Shown here: in pieces, positions 47,687-57,550 of the stretch
Layout of the letters: the number at the start of each line of letters is the position of its first letter
How positions within the stretch are numbered: position 1 is the stretch's first letter
Assembly: GCA_030690165.1 (NCBI GenBank)
Contig: JAUYHF010000007.1
Span: forward strand, 131,420 to 195,419
Reading direction: 5' to 3'
Origin: Deltaproteobacteria bacterium
Lineage (GTDB): Bacteria; Desulfobacterota; GWC2-55-46; UBA9637
Length of the DNA stretch: 64,000 nucleotides
Position numbers and translations under genes: made by a program
The notes under the pieces: model-generated
What the model was told of the DNA's origin: nothing
What the model saw: only the letters and a program-made list of their open reading frames with translations
Databases searched by the model: none

Positions 47687-47768
47687 GGGAGAGGTTACGC
47701 AGGGATGGTGAAGGATAAAGGGTTGGGGTTGCGAGGGGTGAGAAGAGTAATCGGTTACGTTTTTTATC
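47687..47768. repeat. 85-bp direct repeat, copy B
   Basis: GGGAGAGGTTACGCAGGGATGGTGAAGGATAAAGGGTTGGGGTTGCGA ... TTTTTTATC. Confidence 0.7.
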
Positions 47769-47777
47769 TAAAAAATT

Positions 47778-48572
47778 ATGAAAACTGAAGAAGATAAATT
47801 TAAACACGAAATAGATATTTTCCGAACTGAAGTCGAATCTGGCATACAATTCTTCTATATGTATCTGGCATTTAATTCCGTCCTTAGTAAGAATAAACAA
47901 GCTCTAAAAATAGTAAATCGAACGCCTTTATTTTGGAACACGAATGTTGGTGCTCTACAGACCTCTTTTTTTATCGTATTGGGACGACTTTTTGACCAAA
48001 ACTCCAACCACAATGTTGATAGGTTGATAGGAGTTGCCCAAAAGCATTCTGATATTTTTTCTGCAGAGGCATTGGAAGTTCGTAAGCGAGCAGGGAGTGC
48101 AAATGCAGGTGAATGGATAAATGACTACATGAAAGACGTTTATGTCCCAACTAACGATGACTTCAGACGCCTGAGAAAATATGTTAGCAAGTATCGCAAA
48201 ATTTATGAGAACACATATCGGGATATAAGGCACAAGGTATATGCTCATAAAGTGCTATCAAATAAGGCTGATGTGCATAATTTATTTGCACGGACCAACA
48301 TTCGTGAAATACAAAAACTATTGATTTTTCTGAATCGAGTTCATGAAGCTCTTTGGCAACTTTTCCATAATGGTCGCAAACCTACATTGAGGGCAATGAA
48401 ATACTCAGTCAGTAGTATTATGAAAAATGTTCTGGCTCCAGAATGGCAAAGCCGACAGATTCAAGAACTGGTGGTGCATGAGACCCAAAAGTTTTTCGAC
48501 ATATTATTATCTATACCCAATAAGCGAGAACAGGAAAAGGACAGGACACTCTACAGGTTGAAGGAACAGTAA
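47778..48572 (+). CDS. uncharacterized protein, possible HEPN-like (Abi-type) defence protein
   Basis: 264 aa, mostly helical; R-x5-H motif RDIRHKVYAH; sits in an accessory islet; assignment tentative. Confidence 0.35.
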   Translation: MKTEEDKFKHEIDIFRTEVESGIQFFYMYLAFNSVLSKNKQALKIVNRTPLFWNTNVGALQTSFFIVLGRLFDQNSNHNVDRLIGVAQKHSDIFSAEALEVRKRAGSANAGEWINDYMKDVYVPTNDDFRRLRKYVSKYRKIYENTYRDIRHKVYAHKVLSNKADVHNLFARTNIREIQKLLIFLNRVHEALWQLFHNGRKPTLRAMKYSVSSIMKNVLAPEWQSRQIQELVVHETQKFFDILLSIPNKREQEKDRTLYRLKEQ

Positions 48573-48664
48573 TGGTGACTGACCTAATAGAAAAACAAAC
48601 AAGGAGTAATAAAAAATCTAAAACTTACTGGAAGAACTAATACAACCATGCTTACACTGATTCT

Positions 48665-48970
48665 ATGAGCCAATTTGAACAAATATTACAACCACTTGAA
48701 CCCAAAACCCTTGAGGAAAAGCTCTATCTTGTCAGGTTCAAAACTGATACAGAGAGCCATTTGAAGGTTGACTCTGAGAAATGCAGGGTTTGTAAAGATA
48801 AAGGTTGTATCTATATCTGTCCGGCAGATGTTTACAAAATGGATGAGAAGGAGAATATCGTAATCTCTTTTGAGGCGTGTCTTGAATGCGGCACTTGCAG
48901 GATTGCATGTGATTTTATAGAATGGAAAAATCCAAAGGGCGGGTATGGGGTGTGTTATAGATATGGATAA
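48665..48970 (+). CDS. fixX: ferredoxin-like protein FixX
   Basis: CRVCKDKGCIYICP and CLECGTCRIAC cysteine clusters; C-terminal YRYG; 101 aa. Confidence 0.75.
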   Translation: MSQFEQILQPLEPKTLEEKLYLVRFKTDTESHLKVDSEKCRVCKDKGCIYICPADVYKMDEKENIVISFEACLECGTCRIACDFIEWKNPKGGYGVCYRYG

Positions 48971-49009
48971 GACAGGTTATAGGCTATGGGCAAGAGGCGA
49001 TAGGAAAAT

Positions 49010-50188
49010 ATGAAAGACATCATTATAGCCGGCGCAGTCAGAACCCCTATTGGGTCTTTTAACGGGGCATTGAGTAATATCCCTGCTACAGGGCTTGGCA
49101 GTATTGCTATAAACGGGGCAATAAGCGGGGCAGGCATTAAACCAGCAGATGTTGGCGAGGTCATTATGGGAAATGTCCTCAGCGCTGGCATTGGTCAGGC
49201 GCCTGCAAGGCAGGCGGCTATTGGCGCGGGTCTGCCTTATGGGGTTAATTGTCTGGCAGTAAATAAGGTCTGCGGCTCAGGATTAAAGGCTGTGATGCTG
49301 GCGGCACAGGCAATTGCCCTTGGTGATGCAGATATAATCGTTGCCGGTGGCATGGAGAACATGAGCCGTGCTCCACACCTCCTTGAAAAGGCAAGGTTCG
49401 GTTACAGGATGGGGAATGGCGAGATTATTGATAGTATGATTAAAGACGGCCTGTGGGATGTTTATAATAACCTTCACATGGGTTCTTGCGCTGAGATTGT
49501 TGCTGAAAAATACAAAATCAGCAGGGAAGATCAGGATAGATACGGATTGCAGAGCTATAAGAGGGCAATAGATGCTCAGAAAAATGGTTGCTTCAATGAT
49601 GAGATTATTCCGATAACGCTCCCGGCTGGACGTGATAAATTTAAGAGTTTAACAATGGATGAAGAGCCCACAAGACACGACTTTGCGAGATTTGCAGAGC
49701 TTTCTCCTGTTTTTAAAGAGGGCGGCAGTATAACAGCAGGGAATTCTTCAAAGATAAGCGACAGCGCAGCAGCGGTTGTTGTGATGTCAGGGGATAAGGC
49801 AAAGGAGTTGGGCATACAACCGATAGCAAGGATTGTTGCATATTCTTCGCAGGGTGTTGAGCCGGAGATGTTCAGCATCGCACCTGTCGGCGCAATCAAA
49901 AAAGTTTTAGAAAAGACAGGACTGAGTTTGAAGGATATTGATCTGTTTGAGATAAATGAGGCATTTGCAGTATCCATGCTTGCAGTTATAAAAGAGCTTG
50001 ATTTAGATGAGACTAAGTTAAACATTCATGGAGGGGCCATTGCATTAGGACATCCGATTGGCGCAAGCGGCGCAAGGATTTTAACGACTCTGCTTTATGC
50101 TATGAAAAGGAAAAATGCAAAGAGAGGCATTGCGGCCATCTGCATTGGCGGCGGCGAGGCAGTGGCAATGCTGGTGGAGAGGATATAA
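49010..50188 (+). CDS. acetyl-CoA acetyltransferase (thiolase II)
   Basis: Thiolase motifs VNKVCGSGLKAV, NIHGGAIALGHPIGASGARIL, GIAAICIGGGE; 392 aa. Confidence 0.95.
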   Translation: MKDIIIAGAVRTPIGSFNGALSNIPATGLGSIAINGAISGAGIKPADVGEVIMGNVLSAGIGQAPARQAAIGAGLPYGVNCLAVNKVCGSGLKAVMLAAQAIALGDADIIVAGGMENMSRAPHLLEKARFGYRMGNGEIIDSMIKDGLWDVYNNLHMGSCAEIVAEKYKISREDQDRYGLQSYKRAIDAQKNGCFNDEIIPITLPAGRDKFKSLTMDEEPTRHDFARFAELSPVFKEGGSITAGNSSKISDSAAAVVVMSGDKAKELGIQPIARIVAYSSQGVEPEMFSIAPVGAIKKVLEKTGLSLKDIDLFEINEAFAVSMLAVIKELDLDETKLNIHGGAIALGHPIGASGARILTTLLYAMKRKNAKRGIAAICIGGGEAVAMLVERI

Positions 50189-50190
50189 AC

Positions 50191-50256
50191 ATGGATATCA
50201 AAACCATCGGTATAATCGGCGCAGGCATAATGGGTTCCGGCATAGACAGGGTATAG
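50191..50256 (+). pseudogene. duplicated 5' fragment of the 3-hydroxybutyryl-CoA dehydrogenase gene (21-codon remnant)
   Basis: ATGGATATCAAAACCATCGGTATAATCGGCGCAGGCATAATGGGTTCCGGCATAG matches the first 57 nt of hbd at 50903 with about 5 mismatches, then hits a stop; abuts the thiolase stop. Confidence 0.6.
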
Positions 50257-50350
50257 CACTACACTCTGTGTTGTGGTGTTTAAATAGTTTATTGAAAAGG
50301 TTTGAATATAAAGCCCTTATAATGTAAAATTGCAAGAAAAGGAGACGTTC

Positions 50351-50575
50351 ATGCCAACAACACAGAAACAAAAAGATATAGTGTATGTCAAACAGTATGT
50401 AACCGATGCAAAAGGGCATAAGATGGCTGCTATTCTTGATATAAAAGAATTGGCAAGAGTCCAAGAGCTGCTGGAAGACCTTGCAGATCTGAAGGCAATT
50501 GAAGAAAGGGTGTGCGAAAAGGAAGAAAGTTACGAGGCATACAGCCGAAAGAGAAAGTCTTCCCTCCATGTATAA
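50351..50575 (+). CDS. antitoxin of a RelE/ParE-type toxin-antitoxin module
   Basis: 74 aa from ATG 50351 (RBS AAAAGGAG); stop overlaps the toxin start by 8 nt (ATGTATAA). Confidence 0.5.
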   Translation: MPTTQKQKDIVYVKQYVTDAKGHKMAAILDIKELARVQELLEDLADLKAIEERVCEKEESYEAYSRKRKSSLHV

Positions 50576-50822
50576 ACTCGTCATCAAAAACTCTGCAAAG
50601 AAAGAGCTCGACGATATTCCTGCTGCTCAATTCTTAAAGATTGATGCCGCAATTCTGTTATTAAAGACAAATCCGCATCCATTTCCACAGTCAAAAAAAC
50701 TAAAAGGTTAAGACAAGTGCCGGCTTCGTGTGGGTGACTACAGGGTTGTTTACGCTGTTGATGAAAAAGAGAAGAACATAACAATCTATCGGATACGTCA
50801 TAGAAAAGAGGTTTACCGCTAA
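50568..50822 (+). pseudogene. RelE/ParE-family toxin interrupted by an in-frame TAA (50709-50711)
   Basis: MYKLVIKNSAKKELDDIP ... SKKLKG-stop-DKCRLRVGDYRVVYAVDEKEKNITIYRIRHRKEVYR; both halves in the same frame and together match RelE/ParE. Confidence 0.6.
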
Positions 50823-50902
50823 ATGTACGCCATGCACAAGGATTCTTATGAAAGGCTGTAATATGAGAGAAAGAGGGGCATTCCCAGCATTTTTATAGAA
50901 TT

Positions 50903-51751
50903 ATGGACATCAAAACCATCGGTATAATCGGCGCAGGCACAATGGGCTCCGGCATAAGCCAGGTTATGGCATTATCAGGCTTTGAAGTCATAATGATGGA
51001 TATGAAGGATGAGTTTGTTCGGAGGGGGCTGGAGAATATAAAAAATGGCCTTGGTAAGATGCTTGAAAAGGCAAAAATAACCGCTGAAGAAAAAGAAAAA
51101 ACTATTGCAAGGATTCGCACTACCATCAGACTTGAAGACATGGCAAAGGTAGATTTTGTAATAGAGGCAGCATCCGAGATGGCGGAATTGAAATTAGATA
51201 TATTCAGAAGGCTTGATATAATCTGCCGCAAGGATACTATCCTTGCAACAAACACATCCTCCATACCAATTACACGTATAGCCTCTGCGACGAAAAGGGA
51301 AGACAAGGTTATCGGAATGCATTTCATGAACCCTGCGCCTGTAATGAAGCTCGTGGAGATAATCAGGGGAACGAACACATCTGGCGAGACATTTGCCGCA
51401 GTCAAAGGTCTTACTGAAAAGATTGGCAAGATTCCCGTAGAATCCAAAGACCGCCCTGGTTTTATAATGAATAGAATCCTTATGCCTATGATAAACGAGG
51501 CTGTCTTTGCATTTATGGATGGGGCTGCGTCTGCCGAAGATATTGATAAGGCAATGACACTCGGCGCAAATCAGCCAATAGGGCCTCTGGCGCTGGCTGA
51601 TCTAATCGGCCTCGATACAGTGTTTTCAATTATGGAAAGCATATACAGTGAGACCAAAGACCCAAAACACCGGCCATGCCAGCTGCTTAAAAGATATGTG
51701 GATGCAGGGGAGCTGGGCCGGAAAACAGGGAAAGGGTTTTATAAATATTGA
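50903..51751 (+). CDS. hbd: 3-hydroxybutyryl-CoA dehydrogenase
   Basis: NAD-binding GIIGAGTMGSGI, C-terminal dimerisation domain; 282 aa. Confidence 0.9.
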   Translation: MDIKTIGIIGAGTMGSGISQVMALSGFEVIMMDMKDEFVRRGLENIKNGLGKMLEKAKITAEEKEKTIARIRTTIRLEDMAKVDFVIEAASEMAELKLDIFRRLDIICRKDTILATNTSSIPITRIASATKREDKVIGMHFMNPAPVMKLVEIIRGTNTSGETFAAVKGLTEKIGKIPVESKDRPGFIMNRILMPMINEAVFAFMDGAASAEDIDKAMTLGANQPIGPLALADLIGLDTVFSIMESIYSETKDPKHRPCQLLKRYVDAGELGRKTGKGFYKY

Positions 51752-51763
51752 GCAGGAGATTTT

Positions 51764-54700
51764 ATGAAGCTAAAATATCTTGTTTTATCTTTTTTATTGG
51801 CAGCGCTGCCGTATTCCACGGTATTCAGCGCTTCGCCTGAGCTTCAGATTACCCATTACAGTCCGCAGGGTGAAAATACAGGCCAGGCGCAGATACAGGT
51901 GGTATTCAATAAACCTTTGACGGCTTTATCAACTCTGGATGACCCAATAAGAAAAGAAGTCATATCGCATTTTCATTTAGAGCCTTCGGTTGAGGGTAAT
52001 TTCAGGCTCATTGGCACATCTGCTGTTGTGTTTGAACCAAGACACCACCTCCCCATGGCGACAAATTTTATTGTCAAGATAGATACGGGGATTAAGGCAA
52101 TAGACGGCAGTATTCTTGCAAAAGGCATTGAATGGTCATTCAATACACCGGGGCCGGCTATCAACCGGATAGACCCAAATAATGCAGATCATGCCCTGCC
52201 GTCTCAAGTTGTTACTGTTACATCCAATCAGCCGCTTAAATTGGAGTTGCTTAAAAAGGCGATAACCTTTATTAGAATGGATACAAATGCGCCTGTTCCG
52301 TTTATTCTTGAGCCTGCAAAGGAAAATCCAAAACCAGAGGAAACTATCGGCATGGACAGGCAGTATTACCGCTATATATTAAAACCTGCCAACGTTTTGC
52401 CGCTGAACACGCGTTTTCAGGCGACTGTGAGCGTCGGCATTCTCCCTGAAGAAGGGAATATGCCGACAAAAGAGGCTAGAGCCGCATCTTTTAAAACATA
52501 CGGCCCGTTGCGGTTTGAAAGGGTCGGGGCGCCTCCATATGAAGACTTTGAAGGAAGGCTTGAGCCGAGCTTTGTAATTTATTTTACCAATAGGGTTCTT
52601 CTGGAAGAGATTAACAAACATATATCCATCAAGCCGGCAATAAAAGGCCGCATCTTTGAAACAGATTGGTATCAGGGTAACATGATAACAGGCGGCCTTG
52701 AGCCGGATACAGATTATGAGATAACCCTGTTGCCTGAATTAACAGATGTCTATGGCCAGAAGATTGAATATCCGCAGGTTGTAAAATTTCATTCCGGAAA
52801 TATGAGGCCAAGTATTACAGTCCGGCAGGGATTTTATCTCATTTCATCCATGACAGACCCTGTGCTGCCCCTTGGGGCTCAGGCCATAACCAATCTTAAC
52901 TACAAGATAGTCGGCCTAAAACCGGAAGATCTTTTAATGGACGTCGATTTCAGGGATAACTATAAAAGAGAAGGGCTTATGAGTAAACTGGCAGGGGACT
53001 ACAGCTCAAAGCAGGGTGTGGAGCATAGAAATAAGCCGATGCGTCACGATTTTGATTTAAAGCCGTTTTTTAACGCAAAGGGCTTTGGCGCAGTGGTCTA
53101 TGATTTTTATTCGCCAGAAGAGATAAGGCGATATTCCAGCGATAAAATCATCCACCACACCGGTTTCATCCTGAGAACTGACCTTGCAGCGCACCTCAAG
53201 ATTTCTCCGACAGAAGGTATTGTCCTTGTCAACAGTCTCTCCGGCGGCGGAGCAGTCAGGGATGCAAATATTGGTATTTATAGAATAGAGGATGCTGTTT
53301 CTAAAAAATCGTGCGCTGGCGGCGTTACCGATAAAGACGGTATGCTGATTTTGTCCAAAGAGAATCTCCTTTCATGCACAAAGCGGCATATTTCCAACAA
53401 GGTCTTAAACGAGAATATGCCTGCCGGAGGAGATCCTGATGATGAGGCATATGGCCAGGAATACTACGGCTTTGCCCAGCCGCCAACACTTATCCTGATT
53501 GTGTCAAAGGGAGACGACTGGACATATCTCAGGGCTCAGGGCGAAGGCAATCCGTCTATCTGGAATTTTGGGGTGTCATCCGCATGGGAGGCTGAAAGGC
53601 CCATCCCTGCCGGAACAATATTTTCAGACAGGGATATTTATAGGCTTGGCGAAACTGTGGAACTGAAAGCCGTGTTCAGGTATCTCCTTTACGGCGAACT
53701 TAAAAAAGATGTTGGAGGCAAATATAATATAACGCTTACAGACCCGAATGGCGGGATTAAGGGGCTTCAGGATATTACCTTGAGCGAGTTCGGCACATTT
53801 CATTTCAGCCTTCCCATCCAGAAAAACTGGCCGCTGGGTCATTACCGCATTATTGCAACAAATAAAGATAAAGGGCTTTCATACTCAGGCACATTCAGGG
53901 TTGAGCAATTCAGGGCGCCTGATTTCAAGGCCGAGGTCAAGCCTGAAAAAGATATTGTATTTGCAGGCAGCGAGATAAAGGCCGGCATTCAGGCCGAATA
54001 TTATTTTGGAGCGCCGATGTCAGGCGCGCTTGCGTCATGGCGTATTACGCGATACAGGGCATATTTTACGCCTAAGGGCCTAGAGGAGTTTCACTTTGGC
54101 ACACCAGAATGGATAGAGAGGGAAAACGCGGCTGCGGAACCGACTGTGAATGTGGCGGCAGATAAAATAGAGCTTGATAAGAATGGCAGGGGCGTAATCT
54201 CTTTGTCTGTTGCAAAAGGGACAATACAGAGACCCATGCGTTATAACATTGATGCAGAGGTCAAAGATCCATCTGAGCAGACGGTCGGCGCATCCGGTTA
54301 TATCACAGCCCTGCCTTACGAAATCCTTATTGGAATGGAGACAAAAGACTGGTTTGGAGCGGCAAACAAGCCCATGACAGTAACAATGATAGCGGCAGAC
54401 AGCAAGGGGAATATAAAATCAGGTATAAAATTGAAGGCAAGGCTCTTTAAGCGGGACTGGCATGCGATTGAAAGGGCTGTGCGCACAGGTGAGATGGAAA
54501 CAGAGTCAAGGGTGGTTGATAAAGAGGTTGGAAGGTGCGAGGCGGATAGCTCTGATAAACCTGTTTCATGCGACCTCATACCGCAAGAGGCCGGTTATTA
54601 TATTATTGAGGCAGGGATTAAAGATAAACAAAACACTGGAACAGAGGCCAGGCTTTCATTTTATGCCACAGGTAAAGAAATGGTCGGATGGCAGGGGACA

Positions 54701-57547
54701 GAGTATGACAGGATAGAGATACTCCTTGATAAAGGAGATTATAAGCCGGGAGATACTGCTAGGGCATTTGTAAAATCTCCGTATCCCGAAGCAGAGATGT
54801 TGTTTACTGTGGAGAGGGAGAAATTTTTATTTAATAAAAGACAAAAGGTCTCAGGCGGCGCATTTATAGTTGAGTTTACTGTCACAAAAGAGATGATACC
54901 GAATGCATATGCAGCCGTTGTGCTCATAAGAAAAGGCAAGCCCGCATCAGGCATTGAAGCCCCAGGTGAAGCTAATAGCGACAAGCAATTTAAGGTTGGT
55001 TATGCGCCGTTTAAGGTGAAAAGCGATGAAAAAAGGCTGGCGGTTACTGTTGTCCCTGACAGAGAAAAATTGAGGCCTTCTGAAGAGGTTAAGGTGGATA
55101 TAAATCTCAAGGACTTTTTTGGCAAGCCGGTTGTGGGAGAGGTTACAGTCCTTGCTGTTGATGAGGCCATATTGGCCCTAACCGGCTATTCCACGCCTGA
55201 TATTGTTTCTGTAATATATCCCCATAGGGGCCTTTCCGTAAGAATAAACGACAACCGCAGATTTCTGCTCCACCAGCAGAAGTTTCTTGAAAAAGGCAAT
55301 GATGGCGGCGGAGGCGGCTTCCTGACAAATGTAAGGGGTATTTTCAAGAGCCTTGCCTATTTTAATCCGTCGCTGGTGACTGATGCGGCCGGCCGCGCAA
55401 GCGTAAGTTTTAAGCTGCCTGATAATCTGACAAAATGGCGTATTATGGCAGTGGCTGTGACAAAGGAAGATATGTTTGGAAACGGCCAGGCCAATGTTAC
55501 AACAAGCCTGCCTCTGGTTTTAAGGCCTGTTTCCCCGCGGTTTGCAAGGCTTGGAGACAGATTTAAGGCAGGCGTAACTGTGCAAGCAACAGGCGATGCA
55601 GAGGGTGATGTAAAAATAAAGATGGCGCAGCTGCAAAGAGATTCAAGCCTTGTTTTTGACGGCATTACAAAAGATGAGATTTCCATTCATCTTAAACCTG
55701 GTGAGACAAAGAAAGTCCTCTTTCCATTTAAGGCAAGATTCACAGGCGAAGGCAGTCTCCAGTTCTCCGCCTATTTTAAAGGGAAGCCTGACGATAAAGG
55801 CCGGACTATTGCCTATGATGATGCGCTGTCGGTAAAACTCAATGTTCAGGATATCCCTCCGACAGAAACTGTTGTGGCGGTCGGCGAGACAGATAAGGAA
55901 ACTATTGAGAAGATAAATATTGCAGGCAACGTAAGGCCTGACACAGGCGGCTTGCAGATAAGGATAAGCTCTACAGCCCTGTCGCAGATAAACGAAGGGG
56001 TAAGGTATCTTGTAGAGTATCCATACGGCTGTATTGAACAGACTATAAGCAGCTTATTGCCGCTTATCCAGATACAGGAGCTTTCGAAGATATTTAAGTT
56101 TGACCTCAAAACAGCAAAGCCCATTTCAGAGGTCATTGACTCAAATATGCAGAAGGTCCTTGCGCTGCAGAATACTGACGGCGGATTTAAGTACTGGCCA
56201 TCGGATATGAGGTCAGAGCCGTATGCGTCAACATATGCGGCAAAGCTGTTTAACAGGGCTGCTGCTCTTAATTACAAGATACCACAGGATGCAAAAAACA
56301 GATTGGTGGATTATCTCCAAAAAATTCTTCATAATCCCCAGTATCAATTCTGGTCATGGCAGTCTCTGGCAGAATACAGGCTTACCATGCTCTTTGCCAT
56401 AAAGGACCTCGGAAGATGGGACGAGTCATATTATCAGGAATTATTTAACAGGAGAAAAGAACTGAGCTTCGGCGGCCAGATGGCATTGGATTATCTTCTT
56501 ACAGAACTTGACAGAAATAATGCAATGCTGCGTATGCTTAAGGGCAAGGGCGCTCTGCAGCAGGATAACAGGGCGGCTGTATTATTTGAGGAGATAAAAA
56601 ACGGCATGTTTATCACTGCCCAGACAGCGCATTTTGAAGACCGTTCAGAACTGCCTCCGTCATGGGGCTTTATGCATTCGCCTGTTATCACAACAGCAAG
56701 GGGGCTTGAGCTGTTTTTAAAGAGAGAGACTGAAAGCCAGTTCATATCAAAGATGGCTATGTATATCCTGAATGCCAGAAAGAATGGGAGATGGAGCAAC
56801 ACCTATGAAAACGCCCAGGCCATAGACAGCCTCATTATGGTATTAAAGACAAAGGAGGCAGTTCCGCCTGATTATACAGCCCAGGTTATATTGGCAGGGA
56901 AGAAGATTGCGGAGGCTGTTCAGAAAGGGTATGACGCAAACCCTTTCGAGGCTGCTGTAAAGGCAGGAGAATTGCCGCAGGGTGTTTCAGACATCAGGAT
57001 ACAGAAAAACGGCAGCGGTGCGCTTTATTATACCATGTCCTATTCATACAAAAAGGCAGGGTCGGAGCCGCCCATACAGGAAGGTTTTTACATTGAAAGA
57101 AAGATTACAAGATTCGGTAAAGGAGATGAGGATGGAATATTAAAGGCAAGGCTCGGCGATGTGGTGCAGGTGGATATAACTATTATTGTGCCGCAGGCAG
57201 CGCATCGTTTTGTGGTGGATTCCCCCATACCGGCAGGCCTTGAGCCTATTGACACAAGCCTTAAGACCACATCAAGGCAGTATGAAACAGACAACAGCAG
57301 ACAGGGGCGGAAGTCGCAAAGATGGGGATGGGAATACAGCTACAATCCATTTAACCATGTTGAACGGCATGATGACAGCGTAAAACTTTTTGCCGATGAG
57401 ATTACAGCCGGGGTATATCACTATAAATATCTTGCCAGGGTTACAACCCCCGGCACATTTGAATATCCCGGCTCTGTTGCAGCCCTCATGTACGAGCCGG
57501 AACAGTTTGGCAGGAGCAGGGAAGGGGTGTTTGAGGTAGTGGAGTAA
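51764..57547 (+). CDS. bacterial alpha-2-macroglobulin family protein with intact thioester motif
   Basis: 1927 aa; signal peptide; thioester CxEQ site YPYGCIEQT; followed directly by pbpC. Confidence 0.85.
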   Translation: MKLKYLVLSFLLAALPYSTVFSASPELQITHYSPQGENTGQAQIQVVFNKPLTALSTLDDPIRKEVISHFHLEPSVEGNFRLIGTSAVVFEPRHHLPMATNFIVKIDTGIKAIDGSILAKGIEWSFNTPGPAINRIDPNNADHALPSQVVTVTSNQPLKLELLKKAITFIRMDTNAPVPFILEPAKENPKPEETIGMDRQYYRYILKPANVLPLNTRFQATVSVGILPEEGNMPTKEARAASFKTYGPLRFERVGAPPYEDFEGRLEPSFVIYFTNRVLLEEINKHISIKPAIKGRIFETDWYQGNMITGGLEPDTDYEITLLPELTDVYGQKIEYPQVVKFHSGNMRPSITVRQGFYLISSMTDPVLPLGAQAITNLNYKIVGLKPEDLLMDVDFRDNYKREGLMSKLAGDYSSKQGVEHRNKPMRHDFDLKPFFNAKGFGAVVYDFYSPEEIRRYSSDKIIHHTGFILRTDLAAHLKISPTEGIVLVNSLSGGGAVRDANIGIYRIEDAVSKKSCAGGVTDKDGMLILSKENLLSCTKRHISNKVLNENMPAGGDPDDEAYGQEYYGFAQPPTLILIVSKGDDWTYLRAQGEGNPSIWNFGVSSAWEAERPIPAGTIFSDRDIYRLGETVELKAVFRYLLYGELKKDVGGKYNITLTDPNGGIKGLQDITLSEFGTFHFSLPIQKNWPLGHYRIIATNKDKGLSYSGTFRVEQFRAPDFKAEVKPEKDIVFAGSEIKAGIQAEYYFGAPMSGALASWRITRYRAYFTPKGLEEFHFGTPEWIERENAAAEPTVNVAADKIELDKNGRGVISLSVAKGTIQRPMRYNIDAEVKDPSEQTVGASGYITALPYEILIGMETKDWFGAANKPMTVTMIAADSKGNIKSGIKLKARLFKRDWHAIERAVRTGEMETESRVVDKEVGRCEADSSDKPVSCDLIPQEAGYYIIEAGIKDKQNTGTEARLSFYATGKEMVGWQGTEYDRIEILLDKGDYKPGDTARAFVKSPYPEAEMLFTVEREKFLFNKRQKVSGGAFIVEFTVTKEMIPNAYAAVVLIRKGKPASGIEAPGEANSDKQFKVGYAPFKVKSDEKRLAVTVVPDREKLRPSEEVKVDINLKDFFGKPVVGEVTVLAVDEAILALTGYSTPDIVSVIYPHRGLSVRINDNRRFLLHQQKFLEKGNDGGGGGFLTNVRGIFKSLAYFNPSLVTDAAGRASVSFKLPDNLTKWRIMAVAVTKEDMFGNGQANVTTSLPLVLRPVSPRFARLGDRFKAGVTVQATGDAEGDVKIKMAQLQRDSSLVFDGITKDEISIHLKPGETKKVLFPFKARFTGEGSLQFSAYFKGKPDDKGRTIAYDDALSVKLNVQDIPPTETVVAVGETDKETIEKINIAGNVRPDTGGLQIRISSTALSQINEGVRYLVEYPYGCIEQTISSLLPLIQIQELSKIFKFDLKTAKPISEVIDSNMQKVLALQNTDGGFKYWPSDMRSEPYASTYAAKLFNRAAALNYKIPQDAKNRLVDYLQKILHNPQYQFWSWQSLAEYRLTMLFAIKDLGRWDESYYQELFNRRKELSFGGQMALDYLLTELDRNNAMLRMLKGKGALQQDNRAAVLFEEIKNGMFITAQTAHFEDRSELPPSWGFMHSPVITTARGLELFLKRETESQFISKMAMYILNARKNGRWSNTYENAQAIDSLIMVLKTKEAVPPDYTAQVILAGKKIAEAVQKGYDANPFEAAVKAGELPQGVSDIRIQKNGSGALYYTMSYSYKKAGSEPPIQEGFYIERKITRFGKGDEDGILKARLGDVVQVDITIIVPQAAHRFVVDSPIPAGLEPIDTSLKTTSRQYETDNSRQGRKSQRWGWEYSYNPFNHVERHDDSVKLFADEITAGVYHYKYLARVTTPGTFEYPGSVAALMYEPEQFGRSREGVFEVVE

Positions 57548-57550
57548 AGT

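Noticed and set aside
47283-47900. 205-aa ORF on the minus strand spanning the two-gene cassette
   Set aside because: Antisense to two translationally coupled + strand genes with good RBSs; low-complexity translation.
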